A stretch of 64,000 nt of DNA from Balanoglossus misakiensis (GCA_040954595.2 CM082578.2:7549519-7613518), one strand, 5' to 3'; positions 1 to 12,949 are shown, numbered from the stretch's first letter. Notes: generated by a model not told the origin, from the sequence alone. Program-made: numbers and translations.

Positions 1-361
1 CCACGATATAAGGTGTGTTTTTTGTGGTTTACGATCGAGGTGGCGGGCTTCTTCAAGACCTATCGATGGCGGGAAATATCACATGTCTGCAGGTTACAAG
101 TAACGTAGATGTTGCACTAGAACGTATGGCTTATTAGAAACGTACCGTGACTGAGACTCACGAATAGGCACGTAACATATACCGCGAATAACATGACGCT
201 GCAATGTAGAAGGCCATAGCCAAACATTGCACTGGGACTAAAAATTGATTACAAATTTAAGACAACTTTCACTTTTCGTATAATGAGACCATTCTTTGCA
301 ATAGTTGTTCGATCACCCCCCCCCTTCCCTACCAAAAGACTTCCACAATGATATGTTCTAA

Positions 362-518
362 ACAAATAACTTCTATCGAAAGGGAAGACCGGTAGCGTTA
401 AAGAGAACATCTTTGGGGTCCCAGAACTTCGGGAAGGGAGACAGCACCACCCGAAGTGGCAGCCGAGAGAGTCAATATTTGAGGAAGACCGCGTTTAGCG
501 GGAGAGCTGTAGATCCAG
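362..518 (+). CDS. Putative penultimate coding exon of an unidentified gene (5' boundary uncertain, downstream of the in-frame TAA at 359-361)
   Basis: Open frame ...LRKTAFSGRAVDP followed by strong donor CAG|GTAAGT (GT 519-520), phase 1, which joins in frame to the exon at 801. No clear acceptor or ATG found. Confidence 0.4.
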
Positions 519-800
519 GTAAGTTTTTTCACAGACTGAAAGAATTTTTTGTCACCGTCTGCTCCTTTCTAGTAACACAAGTTACACAACAACGGGAACC
601 AGTGTTCAAAGTCTGAAATTATGAGAACAGGCTGGTTCGCTATACATTGTAATGGCAAGAATACACATTGCACAATATGGACAACTAACTGCATAGACAG
701 CATCAACTCTAAAACACACAAATGAACTTAGGTTTTATATATAGATGTTGCCTATGCTTAATGAGTTTTGTTGTTCTTGTTGTTGTTTACTTGTCAACAG

Positions 801-913
801 TCTCGGGAAAAGTGTATGAATACAACACAGAGACAGGCGTGCGTCGATGGGCGGATGGGACTGAACAAGTAGACGACGGCGATATTTCGTTACGTGCAAA
901 CGTGTTTCGGTAG
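801..913 (+). CDS. Putative terminal coding exon, WW-like motif
   Basis: Acceptor tttacttgtcaacAG (799-800). The splice gives AVDPVSGKVYEYNTETGVRRWADG..., resembling the WW consensus DPxxGxxYYYNxxTGxxxW. Stop TAG 911-913. Confidence 0.45.
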
Positions 914-1576
914 CAGTCCCGTTCACTAGTACATACCCGAGACGAAACAGATATTTCAGAAATCTGAAGTCCTTCCTGTATATTTTGGACACATGATAAA
1001 ATGTTTGTCAATGCAGACGACCCCACGGGATGTTTTATGAACTTAAAAATAGGCACACAGTTATGATATGAATAGACACTGTCTCAAGTTGTCGAATTTG
1101 TCTTTTTCCATAGGATTACGTTTGCTAGAGACCTATTGACGTTTCTGCACATAGCTCAGCCGCTAGAAACTACATGTATATGGTCACCAACGGTGCCTAC
1201 TTAATCAAGTCATCTTGTAAGGATTGTGTCTATATGACAACGACTTGTTTCATCGTCCCAAATCTAGAACAGCAACCACAATATTTTGATGACAGTTATA
1301 CAGAAGTTTTGACAAGCAAATAACTTTTGCGCATGCATTCATGTATAAAAGTACATATGTACATATTTTGAGTTTTAAAGATCACCATTGTTTGCAATAT
1401 TCATAATTATACTATACATGCAAACATGAATGTAAATATGTATATATCTGTAGCTATTTGTCATTTTTATGTGTATATAATACATATCAGGAATATATAT
1501 CTTATTGAGAACGTGTCACTTTTAATAGAGATTAATATAATTGATGTGTGGTTATTGAAAATAACTCGTAAAGTTA

Positions 1577-1582
1577 TTTATT
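1577..1582 (-). terminator. Candidate poly(A) signal AATAAA downstream of H1
   Basis: tttatt on + strand, about 105 nt 3' of the histone stem-loop; the AT-rich context makes a chance match possible. Confidence 0.4.
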
Positions 1583-1666
1583 AATGAATTAAAACTGTTA
1601 CATTTTAACCCCTTGTGTGTACTCTGATGTCATGCGTGTGTGTGTGTGGTACATGTGTATCTGGTA

Positions 1667-1675
1667 TTCTCTTTC
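1667..1675 (-). terminator. Histone downstream element (U7 snRNP site)
   Basis: GAAAGAGAA on - strand, 12 nt 3' of the stem-loop, with the canonical purine-rich AAAGAG core. Confidence 0.75.
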
Positions 1676-1687
1676 GGAGGATGTGGT

Positions 1688-1703
1688 GGCCCTGAAAAGG
1701 GCC
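1688..1703 (-). terminator. Histone 3' stem-loop
   Basis: - strand reads CCAAAAT-GGCCCTTTTCAGGGCC-ACCACA: 6-bp stem, 4-nt loop, canonical flanks, 24 nt after the H1 stop. Confidence 0.95.
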
Positions 1704-1727
1704 ATTTTGGTTTGGATTTAAGTATCT

Positions 1728-2342
1728 TTACAAACATAACTTCCTGGTGGCCTTCGATTTCTTGGGTCCCTTGTTGGTCGACTTCTTTGTTGAAGGTTTC
1801 TTCGCTGATGTCTTTTTCACCTTGCCTGTCGTTTTAGTTTTCCCCGTTTTCTTGGTAGATGTCTTGTTTGTCGTTTTCTTGGCATCTTTCCCTTTCTTCG
1901 CTGTCTTCTTCTCTTTTGGTTTAGTGGCTGACGGTTTGCTTTTCTTGGGTTTCTTGGCGTCCTTCGCTTTCTTGGGCGATTTCTTCTCCTTTGGCTTCTT
2001 GACCGTTTTCTTCTTCACCGGTGCCTTCTTCTTGGCGGGTTTCTTCTTGGGCTTCTCTGTCAGCTTGCCAACTCGCAGACGACCGGTTGCTCCCGTGGCC
2101 GTCGAGCCTTTGGGACGAACCAGTACGCCTGAGTCTAGGCCAGCTTTCAGAGCGCGGCGGAGGTTGGCGGTCAGATGAGACGGACTGACGGTCGGGTAGT
2201 GAGACAGGATGAACGCCTTGATGGCCTGAACAGAGCTTCCCTTGGTGTCTTTTATGGTCTTGATGGCTTCGACCACCATCTCCAAAGTCTTGGGATGAGT
2301 TGGAGCTGCTTTTGGCTTCTTGACTGGAGCGGATTCTGCCAT
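1728..2342 (-). CDS. H1: Linker histone H1, 204 aa, intronless
   Basis: Winged-helix globular domain PTHPKTLEMVVEAIK...GSSVQAIKAFI...LRRALK...GATG, then a Lys/Ala/Pro/Thr-rich tail; histone stem-loop in the 3' UTR. Confidence 0.95.
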   Translation of the reverse strand: MAESAPVKKPKAAPTHPKTLEMVVEAIKTIKDTKGSSVQAIKAFILSHYPTVSPSHLTANLRRALKAGLDSGVLVRPKGSTATGATGRLRVGKLTEKPKKKPAKKKAPVKKKTVKKPKEKKSPKKAKDAKKPKKSKPSATKPKEKKTAKKGKDAKKTTNKTSTKKTGKTKTTGKVKKTSAKKPSTKKSTNKGPKKSKATRKLCL

Positions 2343-3895
2343 TGCGAAGACGAGTTGGTCACTAGTAATGCACAGTGAAGTGTGGTGTGCAATCCAATTC
2401 AGCGCTGTAATTATCCCCTTCTTGCGAACGTAGGAGAAAACAGTTGTGTGAATTAGGGACGCTGTGACACTTTTTTCTCACATTCGACAGAAGTTGTCAT
2501 TATTCTGAAAGAACGGACTATTCTCCATTGTGAACACATCGCAAAAGTGTGAATCACCGACGCGTTCCAGCGTCAAAATATTTCCTCAGCGGACTTGTGT
2601 GACCTATTTTGGGGGAAAAACCGTTATTGGAATTGAAAACTGAAGTAGAAAGAATGCCCATTGATTCTGGGATCGGATTAATGGTCTTCGACGAAGTTGC
2701 ACACACAGTCATTCCTGCGCGGAGTGACTCTGTTGCACATTACCGAAAGTGTCGTCGAGGGCGGTATCCCGGTGCCAGTGTGAGTCGAGGTACATACTTA
2801 TTCCTGCATGCAAATGCTACATGCTACCGTTAACATTTTATGTCGACGTTTGAGAGAAATTCAACAAGAAAATCGGGGAGACGCGTAAATAGGTACTAGT
2901 ATATCATTAATTGTCTGTTAAAGCACCATAGGTTCTACTATGGATAACCCGTTATCAGCCAAAGTTGTGTTCGGGTCTGACAAAACTTTCAAAATCCAGT
3001 CGGTTGACGTCTAGCCACAAAAAAAAAAGAATGACACACATGACTGCGTTTTCACAACTAGATATAATGTTGGCGCTCTTTCTGTCAGTGACCTACTGGC
3101 ATACCCTTCATCTTTCCTGGGAGAATAGGAACACCGCCATTCCAAAAAGACACAGAATGTGTTTCAACCTGTACATCTATTGAGCCTGGTCGTTATCCGT
3201 TTTATTTATCACCGATGCACTTGCATAGTCTTATAAACTCTTTTTTTGCGCATCCAGCCATTTCATTTTATATTTTCTCCGTGATTTGTGTCTTCTATTT
3301 GTCCATGTGTCTGTGAATAATTTTATGTCCACCGGCAAACATGCTAACGAGATTCACTGTAAAAGTGCAAATGCCAATAAGCGTGAAGGTCACGGCGGGA
3401 GGTGGGGATTAACAGCACCGCCCCACTCTCGATTTTACACAGCGGACAAGGGATTCAACGTTATCAACCAAGGGTCTCACAGCCGGCCCTGCAGATGGCG
3501 CACACCGTCCATATTTAAATTGGTCGTACATTTACAAGGAGACCGTTCGTTAGAAAATGCAATATCCAATTCGCTCTTGTAACGACGGTGTGTTTGTGAC
3601 GACCTGCATTCACAATGAAGTCGTTCAGCCGGGCGTTGATTCTGTAATATTGACAGTGTTTGCAGTGAGATATACCCTACAGACTTACGTCACGACCTTC
3701 GTCGGCTGATTTCGACGGGGTCACATATTTCACACTTACCTGTCGCTCTCTATTCACAGGCCAACACCCAGATTTGTCAAGTGCAATGCGCTGAAATACC
3801 TCCAAAACGAAGTGACAAAAGTAAAGCTCTTTGGGGGGAATAATTTCCCGCTACACACGTAAGTGCCATGAAACTGCTCCGCCAGAGAACAAAAA

Positions 3896-4107
3896 TACAG
3901 ACAACCCTGTCTATAGTGGCCAGTCAAGCGACTTTACTAAACTGGCCTCTATAGACAGATGGTCTTTCAAGTATAGACAGGTCAATTAATGTACATGTAA
4001 ATGGTACAGAGACCGTAACAAAGTGGCAACTATAACCATCTTGAAGATTCAACTACACAGAGGTGGCCACTAACATAGTTTTAACCACAGTCCCTGGTTT
4101 AACTGTA
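3896..4107. mobile_element. Degenerate MITE, Tc1/mariner-like termini (TA-CAG...CTG-TA)
   Basis: Left end TACAGACAACCCTGTCTATAGTGGCC, right end GTGGCCACTA...GGTTTAACTGTA; internal TATAGACAG repeats. Confidence 0.55.
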
Positions 4108-5749
4108 TATACAAGAAAACTTTGATGAAGCCAATCGCCACAAGAAACACAAGATGATATACTAGTACTGTACAACGAGACTGGCGTCTTGCAGACTTGT
4201 ATGAGGAACGTTGTCCAGAAACATTATCTTTAGTGTCAGGTTATCGTGTGCCGACAAATCATTGAGTAATTCGAACAAGAGTGTTTGGTCATACATTAGA
4301 TCATAATCTGAAAATTATTTATGCGATCGATCGCCTGTATCTACAAAGTGACGTTTTGTGAAAGTGCTTGTCAAATTGGTATGTCATGTCAGTCGACACA
4401 TAAATAAATCGACCCCAACAAGAGCGAAAAAGTCATAACTTAAGGATTATCAGCGCCTCGGGGACATTTGTTAATGCCAGTCCCAACCGTTCAGTTATTT
4501 GCTATGTTAGAGAAACACAGAGTGTTCACCATCTTGTTCACCATTTTGGTGACCCCAATAGTTGAATTCTCAATTTTGAAAGAATAATGCAAAGTAACCT
4601 GGGTATAACATGATGGCAGACAACAGGAGAAATAGTGACCCTAATACACTGTATTTATTCTATTGAATGTACAACAGAGGTCAAGGCTGCTTCGACAAAA
4701 GGTGTTAACTGTTGGCATAAAGGCAGTAGCAAGCACACTGCCCGATATATAACGCCTTTTGTTATTATGTAAAAGAGAGACTGTATTGCAGCAAAAGTCG
4801 CAATGGTTTCATGGGACGTGCCTCTGCGCTCGACCGCTAGTATCACACCTTCCAATTTACAAACCATCGCACATGATTTCACGCAGATTCACATGCCGGT
4901 ACTGTCGGTACAAATCCTTTACAAACGAAATGTGCTACCTAATATACATGTAGTACAGGTATCATGTATGTACAAACGATGGCAGAACAATTTGTTTACC
5001 TCCACCTTTAGTGTCATTTACAATAAACATCAGATTATAACTGTATGATAAGGCAGTGACAAACGTTGATTCCAATTTGTAAAAACTTGAGCGCGGAACT
5101 GGGTTACGAGTTGACTCAAGAAGAATATGGTCATTCATCTCAGTCCCGTCGCAGTACACGTCTCAATAAAATATAATGTTAATGAGTGTTCTGTTAAAAT
5201 GCTGTCAACACGGAGCTTGCAGTCGGCCCGAAAATAATATAATTTTCCGTCAAGAACAAATCGAGATCCACCTGGCAATGTTGTTGATTAGAAGAAAATC
5301 AGTATCCGAAACGGCCACCATGTGTTCACTCTAAGGCAACACGCAGACTATCTTGAAAGTAATTACAAACGATCTATTTCTTTTTAATTTTGAGTTAATG
5401 TCCGTCCATAATAAATAAATACCTCATGAAAACGACCGTTTCTTGTGTTTGCTAGTGTTAAGACAGTTTTAGTAGACTTTCTGTGCAGACTACATCGCGT
5501 CAGCAACAAACACGTACATGTATAGTGGAAATTATATAATGATTATCGTGGAATTACTAAAAAGCGAAAAACTTATAAGTACCTCTCCAGCGAAAAAATA
5601 CCGATGTACCGATCGTGGATATATCGCTGTGATAAATCTTTCCGAGTGAACCACTTGTCGGGTGTTTCATTATAGCAGACAACAATCTCCCATGGGGTGG
5701 GGGTGGGGGTTTGAACACGATTCAATTATCCACTCTCGTCGCGTCATTT

Positions 5750-7597
5750 CTAGTCGTCTGGGAAGCCGGTCTGTGCGTGTGTGTTCACCATCCGCGGCTT
5801 TTCTGGATAATAATGCGCTTCTTCCATTTCCTTCTCGTCGGGCTGATATCCCTTGTTCAGTTGTGCTTTCAGGCCACCCGGGGATTGGTATATGAACCCC
5901 TTTTCCTTGAAGACGAGCCGCTTGAAAAACCAGTAGATTACGACGATGAGGATGCCCTCGCCAAGCGCCACCAGACTGTGCACCAACGGCACGATCATCA
6001 TCTCGCCCACGGCCATGCCGGAACTGCGCCCCGTCAGGATGAGCAGATTGATGAGGCTGAGAGCCAGGGCGCCGTTCTGGATGCCGGTCTCGAAGGCGAT
6101 GGTGCGGCACTGGAACTTGTTGCGTCGGAAGAGCCAGGCGATGAAGTAGCCCAGCGCGAAGGCGCACACGGGGTAGATGGCGGCGACAGCGTACGGGTGC
6201 CACGTTGTGTCGAAGACGGGTCTGAAGGCGATGATAGAAATGACGGCGAAAATAAGGATGCCGATGAGCACGATAACGTTCAATACCTAGAAGGCAAAAT
6301 TTTGACCCCGATTAACAAAAGCATCCCCGTGGCGTCGTCATCGTCGTTGATGATTATGCAGTTGTTGTTATTTATTTGTTTGATTTTTGTTGTTGTTGTT
6401 GTTGCTGCTGCTGCTGCTGCATTTATTCTGAAATCCCACCCCAATTTAACGTTTGACAGAAAGAGACAGACAAATATGTCAAAATTGAGCGACTTTGTCC
6501 CCAAGTGATTACACACGGGGAATTTTAATGAACTTATAGTCCGGCAACCTTGCCATGTTTAGTCAAGAGTTTTCTAACCAAATTGTAATAGTTTAAATTC
6601 CTATTCCAGTTCTCCCCCTATGTATATATTTGCAAAGATCCTTACCGCAGCGACTTTGTATGACGCCTTTGGAGCTTTCCATCGGATCACCATTCCGATC
6701 CAGACTGGGACGAAGAGAAGCACCAGCATGATGATTATGTCTCGTGTTTGCGGCAACACCACATCCGAGATGGCGATCCAACTTTGGGAGTAGAGGTAAA
6801 TACACCACGGCATCATACCTATACCCAGGATGTTAGACGCTGTCGTCATGCACACGCTGTGGATAAAAAAAATAGGGGGAGGACATTGAAAAATAATGCC
6901 TTCTTCCATCTTATAAAATGTAGGGGAGTTTGAAAGCCGTGTTGATGAAGTCCATTAAGTCGACACAACCTAAAATGGCACTGGCATATTTTACTGACTT
7001 TCAGTCTGGGAGCCATTCCTCACACGTGAAAATGACCATATAAGAACCGTTTTTGTTCAAACATGCGCATTTTCAATTTGCTCTGCGCTGTGATTCGAAA
7101 TGGCCACAACTCAAGTCATTTCCTTATAATAAGATTTTATTTTCTCTACGCACTATCTGCGAACAATTCTTTCCAAGAAATCCTCCACCCACCCTCAGAA
7201 AGTAAATGCCTCGCCCTTACCTTAGCGTGGTGTCGCCCTCCGTCCAATACGTGAATATATTCGACGCCAAGCCGCCCGGACAGCACGCCACGATGATGGT
7301 GCCCAGCGCCATGTTCGGCGTCAGTCTGAAGATGTGCGCCAGGGCGTATCCCAGAGTGGGCATGATGCCGAACTGGCAGAGCGCGCCCACGGTGATGGCC
7401 ACCGGTCTCCTGGCGATCTGCTTGATCTCGCCCATGGTCATGGTGCACCCCATCGCTATCATGCATATGAACAGCGTCAGGTTGATGAGGATTTGATTTC
7501 CGAGGACGAGATTCAGCGGCGGGTTGAACCCACCCGTCGGTGGACCGGTTGCGTTGGCGCTGGTCATGTTGTACGCGGCTTCTGTCGTTTCATCCAT
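5750..7597 (-). CDS. SLC10A2-like: SLC10 sodium/bile acid cotransporter (ASBT-like), paralogue A, 374 aa; coding exons 7597-7221, 6856-6646, 6286-5750
   Basis: Motifs MGCT, CQFGIMP, CCPGGLASN, EGDTTLSVCMTT, RTIAFETGIQN. GT-AG introns in phases 2 and 0; 377+211+537=1125 nt. N-terminal sequons NMT, NAT. An acceptor tttctgcAG 2 nt before the ATG implies an upstream UTR exon. Confidence 0.92.
6388..6420. repeat. Compound (TTG)n(CTG)n microsatellite
   Basis: Directly visible in intron 2 of SLC10 paralogue A. Confidence 0.85.
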
Positions 7598-8630
7598 GGC
7601 TGCAGAAACTGAGGGGCAAAAAAGCGAGTCTTTTACTACTCTGGGTGAAAGGTCAAAATACCTTCCACGTATTCAACCATCGAGCAAATTACTTGGCGTT
7701 TGATGTCAAAAGCATCCAAATATCTGCCTTGCTCTGCTCTGCGCTACCAACCACCATTACCCTGCACTGCAAAACCTTCTCTCGCACCCCTCGCCACTTG
7801 TTAGCAGTAACATGTACAGTTGTAGGGGTTTCTAAAGAGTACACCTGGGGTTAATCAGAAAGGCCAGTGTCTTCCCCTGAATGACTGGTTGAACATAGCA
7901 TCACTATATATATTAGGGTCACATTCCAAGAAAACCCAAATTCCACCTAGGCATAGACACACATTTGTGTCTGGATATTTTGGGGTCTGTTATAACCTAT
8001 ATATTGTTTGGTGAGTACACTTTCGAAATAAAGGTTAATACAATGGATATACATGTGTATAAAAGCACAGCACAGGTGTGTGCGTCATATGACCTTATTG
8101 CCGTCGGGCTCTGCACCACATTTTATCCTTTGTAGAGAAAGGAAATTGCGAATTTCAAAGCAAAATCCAGTTATTAAAGCACACCGAGTGCTTGACTGAG
8201 TTTCCCGACCAAGTATTGTATAATCATTTGAGCGAAGCTACTTTTTCCACCAAACCCATTTTGTCACGAACTCCAACGATGTAACACAACCGGGCGTTTG
8301 CACTCCTATACCTGCCAATGTCCCGCCATGCATGTCTCACCAACAAAATGGTGGAGACACGGGGCCGTAGGGTGTGTAGGGTGACCCAGAGACACAATAC
8401 AGGTAGAGCGGAGGCGTGGGACGAGCCGTGAAAGAGACGACGATTAAAAAGGGCCAAGTCAAAACTGGTGAGAGAGCTGAGAGGGTGCGAGATTGGACAA
8501 GCCAACTATATGTACAATGTAATAAACGTCTACAGTCTGGGAATGATATAAAGCAATATTCACGGAAACAGCGCAGCAGAAATTCGCACTATTGCAGAAA
8601 ACCGAAAACGTGGAGCAGACTACATCGGGA

Positions 8631-8720
8631 ACTTACCGCCGTTTTTGTTAGTCTCCTGGCGATGTGTGTGTTTGTGTCCGACTCGGGCAAGACGGCCTGG
8701 TGTAACGGCTACGTCAATGT
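8631..8720 (-). other. Candidate non-coding first exon and donor of SLC10 paralogue A (5' end unknown)
   Basis: GCG|GTAAGT donor on - strand (acttac 8631-8636), upstream of the acceptor at 7600-7601. Confidence 0.35.
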
Positions 8721-8972
8721 TCTCAGGATTCTAAATGAACGCTGAGCTGCATTCGTGGGTGTGAACGGCATGCCAAGAAAGTGCGTGTGCAGCACGTCCG
8801 TTCTGCAACTTTAATTTGTTTTCCTATGCTGCCCGGTTGAGTGAGACCGTACAAAGGGGCCGACGGGCTTCGTATTAAAATGAGCTGTTCACTTTCCCTG
8901 ACCTTAGCAGACCTGCAAGACCTAAACCCACCTATTGGAAACGTATTTTTTATCCCTGAGCGACCTGATTTC

Positions 8973-8976
<4 letters not shown>

Positions 8977-9048
<72 letters not shown>
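8977..9048. repeat. (TC)36 microsatellite
   Basis: Perfect dinucleotide run. Confidence 0.95.
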
Positions 9049-9050
<2 letters not shown>

Positions 9051-10378
9051 CATCTGTCAGTATTTATTTTACAAAACTTATCCGTTAACTTTAGTCTGCA
9101 TGTGCAATTAGTTTAATCATAGCCTACAGTATCTAGAGAGGTGAGCGAGAGATCAAGTGACGTGGTTATTCATCCTGGAGACTTGAGCTATTTGTGTCGG
9201 TGTAATCTTGTGTGGGAATTGGGGCTTAGGGACATGCTTCTGTCTCAGTAAAAAAACTGGTAAATAAAAATTTAGTCGCGACGCATTGGCGCGCAATCAA
9301 CAGGTGTACGTGAGATGTATTCTGTAAAATGTCAACCTAACAACAGGCTGGCTACCATGATGTCACGTTTTCTCACACAGTTCACTTGGAAGAAAATCGA
9401 GGCAGCCCATTATCGTTTTAAGAACGCGAAAATTAAGGGTTCATTTTTGAAAGAAGGAACCATATGAAACAGCACACACAGAAAAAACAAACATTACTTA
9501 CATAAGTCAATTATACACACGGAACCGACATGGTAATTGATTGATTGGTTGATTGATCGATTTACACAGGATAAGATCTACTTTCAAAACTTTCAAACTG
9601 TAAAAAGCTGCGCTTTGATTTATTGCCAATCTGTGGCATGTTCTTCGATGAGGTTTTCGTTGAGATTAAAGTTTGAATTTCACTGTTGACAGCAAGCAGG
9701 GCTCAACAAGCCGCAGCCTCCCCACTTGGCACGAGACCGATATATATTTCGTCGCATTTGCGCGTTGTCAAGGAACTATAGGAGAGGGGGGGGGTGTACG
9801 GGAATGAGTAGAAATGCAGGATCGGGGGAAGTAAAAAGAGGAGGCAGGGGATTTTGGTGGGAACTGGGGCTCGGGAACGAGGATGGAACAAAAGTAGTGC
9901 AAGTGTCGCAGTATCAAGTGTTCGGAGATCACATGATCAGAGGTCACGCCGTCCGTTCTATGGATCGACAACTCGCCACACAAACAAAAGTCTCAACAAG
10001 ACGACTTACCAATAGACATGCCGGTTGTGGTCAACTGACAAGACCTTACATAAGTCCCGTTTCCATGTCAACTGATAACTAAAGCGTGCTCCAAAATGTC
10101 CGTAAAAGTAGTAATTATCAAAACAATTCTGAAGGTCACATTGAGAGATTTTTTAAATTGTTCATGAATGTGCTTGGCGTTTATACAAATTACAAACTTC
10201 CCTTGCCCTGGGCTAAAGCCTCGTTTTCTAAGGTTAAATAACTCAAAGTAAAATGTAATTTTAGGGCATTGTGATAGATAAAGCGGTCTCTACTTTTAAG
10301 CTCGTGGTGCATTAACATAGAGTGTGTATACATGTATATAGCTTTGTGTGTATTGTATAGCACATACATGTAGCTTAG

Positions 10379-10400
10379 TATAGACAGTGCACTGTCTATA
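10379..10400. repeat. Perfect 22-bp palindrome TATAGACAGTGCACTGTCTATA
   Basis: Self-complementary; flanked by GCTTAG direct repeats (10373-10378, 10402-10407). Confidence 0.85.
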
Positions 10401-11729
10401 GGCTTAGCTAGATTGCTTCTGGCAAGTCACTTATATCACGCAAAATAGCGAGCTGGACATTTTCTGCGGCAGTTAACGGTTAATGTCGGCAGCTCTTTAA
10501 TAATCTGATATGTTTTGATGAACATTTTGGACGATTCTGTTTTCAATGTATGGGACGACGAACAGTTGATCCCTGGACGCAGTAAAGTTCGAACTGTTTC
10601 ACTTGAAGTGGAAGAGTATTCGCCGGTTAATGCGATCGTTGCGTTTGTCGGTGCTTGGTTGGCAAGCGTTTTACTGGAGCAACTCGCCTGCCAATGAAAA
10701 CCTTCCACTTTCTACCGACACGGTTTCCCCCGCCAGACCATGCAGTACAGACAGGGTCAGTCGATCAGCCTGGGGTAAAACTGTTTGTGTATCGTGATAC
10801 TTGTATGGTGACCTGGTGAACAATGCAGTCGTGTCGGACGGGGGATTTCTTTTCAAAACTGTTGAAAGTCACTCAGGCGCATCACACTGTGAACTTTTAC
10901 CCAGTGCTCTGTGCACGCCGATCTGTTAATCACTCTTCCTTTCTCACCTGACGATTTCAGGTCAAGGCGCTAGTCGGTCTGTGCTCTATAATTTTTGGCG
11001 CCCTCCTCATCTATTTTGGGCGACGTGGACAGTCACGTTCAATGTGACGGAGCGAGATAAAGGCAATAACATTTCAAAATATAAGTATAAAATTCATGGG
11101 TGGTGATTCGCATTCTATTGTAGGGTGTCGCATGCTGTGTTTGTTGTCATGTCGTCGCTATTGGTGGAGTTGGAAAAGTATACAAGCAGCCACGACACAT
11201 TTGCTGATCGATTTCCGCCTCTTTTAGACTGCTGTCAGAAATTAAATCTCCGTAAATACTATAGACTACAAAATTTCAAAGTATGGCTTTGTGAGCGTAA
11301 TGGCGGCGTTTCCTTGTATGGCGTGTTTGCTGATGTTGTGAAACGTCAAAGTTCGATTCTAATTTCAACGTCAACTTTGATATGAAAAAGAAAACGCTTA
11401 GTATCCCAAGTTAGTTTCTCCAAAATACAACGTTAGTCATACATTTGTGGTAGCCATGCCTGAAGGTTCGCGTCATGCCCTTTAGAGCAGCATAGGGAAA
11501 AGCAGGTATGCTTAACCTAAAGCCAGAAGCTATTATCTTTGTTTTGTTGCGTCGGTGTGGGAACGTCGGGGCAGTCAGTGTGTCAAAGCAGCCGAGGGTG
11601 CACTATGAGGGTCACGTGATTTGTCTGCAGTCCAGCAATCGCCGTGGCCAGTCTATGCCCCACTGGCGAACGGGTCCCCCAAAGGCACACCAAACATTAC
11701 CAAGACCTTTAAAGTCCGCGAGGGCCCAG

Positions 11730-11813
11730 ACAGCACGTTCAGCGGGCCTCCTACGTCAAAACTGCGCAGTTTACCCCGTGAAGTCCACAGAGTGCACGAC
11801 GTCGAAGGTAAGT
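11730..11813 (+). other. Candidate first exon and donor of SLC10 paralogue B (5' end unknown)
   Basis: AAG|GTAAGT donor at 11808 in a CpG-richer patch; the acceptor ctttacAG at 12933-12934 lies 15 nt before the ATG. Confidence 0.4.
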
Positions 11814-12949
11814 GTTAGTAACCATTTTCGGGCGATTTAGAAACTTTTAAGAGACCATTGATCTTTCGCAAAGGAAATGTATACGCTGGGGAGGGATTGA
11901 TCCTCTTAGTATTCAGCTATTTCTTATACTTAGCTGAGTTTAACTTCTTGGGAAATTAAATTAACAGCAGACTTTTCTATGGATTGAAAAACTTTCTTTG
12001 TTGTGTACACTCGAGTGAGGGCAGCACTTGGCGACATACTTCGGAGTCTTACAATGACAAACGTCTCCCTTGCAATGTAAACACCCTTCATTGTTCGATG
12101 ATCATCACAGTGTCACCGACTTTCGAAATCAGCAATATTTTACCGGTAAAGTGGAGCCGCATAGTTTATTCGACCCAAGTCCCGCATACTGGGTTCGCGA
12201 GGCACGGCACTGGTAAATGTTTCCATGGGAACGTGTATGTTTTGTTGTCACGTCTGCGTACGTTCCGCATGAATGACAAGTCGTGTAAGCGAAATTGTGT
12301 TCGAGCGCGGTCCCGGTATCACGTTGTCGAATAAAAAAGGCAGTGAAAGGGGCGCTATTAACCACACCTTGAGAAAAGCAATCACATGAGCTTCGTTTCT
12401 AAAGTTGTAATCAGAATCTAACGGGAGATGGGAATACCTCATAACACATGGTGGAGAATCCGGGTAGACGAGAAAAATCCAACGGAGACAGAAACGGCGA
12501 CGTCCAGCGGAGGGACAGCACCATGGCTGGCGACGTGTTAAAAGACACGAATCAATCAAGTATCGGAGATATGACAGTTTACACTCAGAGGTCGAGATAA
12601 TAGTAAAGTGGGACAGAATGCACACCGATGGTGGAAGAACTATCCAGACTTTGCTGGTTTAAGCAATGGTCAGTCGAGAAACAGCTCAAAGCAGTCGGGC
12701 TATATTTGACTGGTGAAGCGGAACGATGGTACTTTATACATGCAGACGTTAATCAGTAATCAGTCAGTCCGAATTTATGGGTGGCATGGCAGTCAAAATC
12801 TAAACTAATTTAAAATAATTGTAATATCAGAAAAGTGCAGTTATTGCATGTTGGAGGTGACCCCACCCCATAAGAGATAGAGATGGGAGCGAAGTTTTTT
12901 TTTAAGTTATTCACCGACTGCCTTGTCTTTACAGAGCTTGCTAGAAAAG

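Noticed and set aside
1747-2178. 143-aa Phe/Leu-rich hydrophobic ORF on + strand
   Set aside because: Antisense shadow of the Lys-rich H1 tail codons.
5711-6508. 265-aa + strand ORF and other overlapping ORFs over SLC10 A exon 3
   Set aside because: Antisense or alternative frames of a GC3-rich exon running into a microsatellite.
12748-12760. HNF1-like GTTAATCAGTAAT upstream of SLC10 B
   Set aside because: Two mismatches to the consensus in AT-rich DNA; not supportable without conservation.
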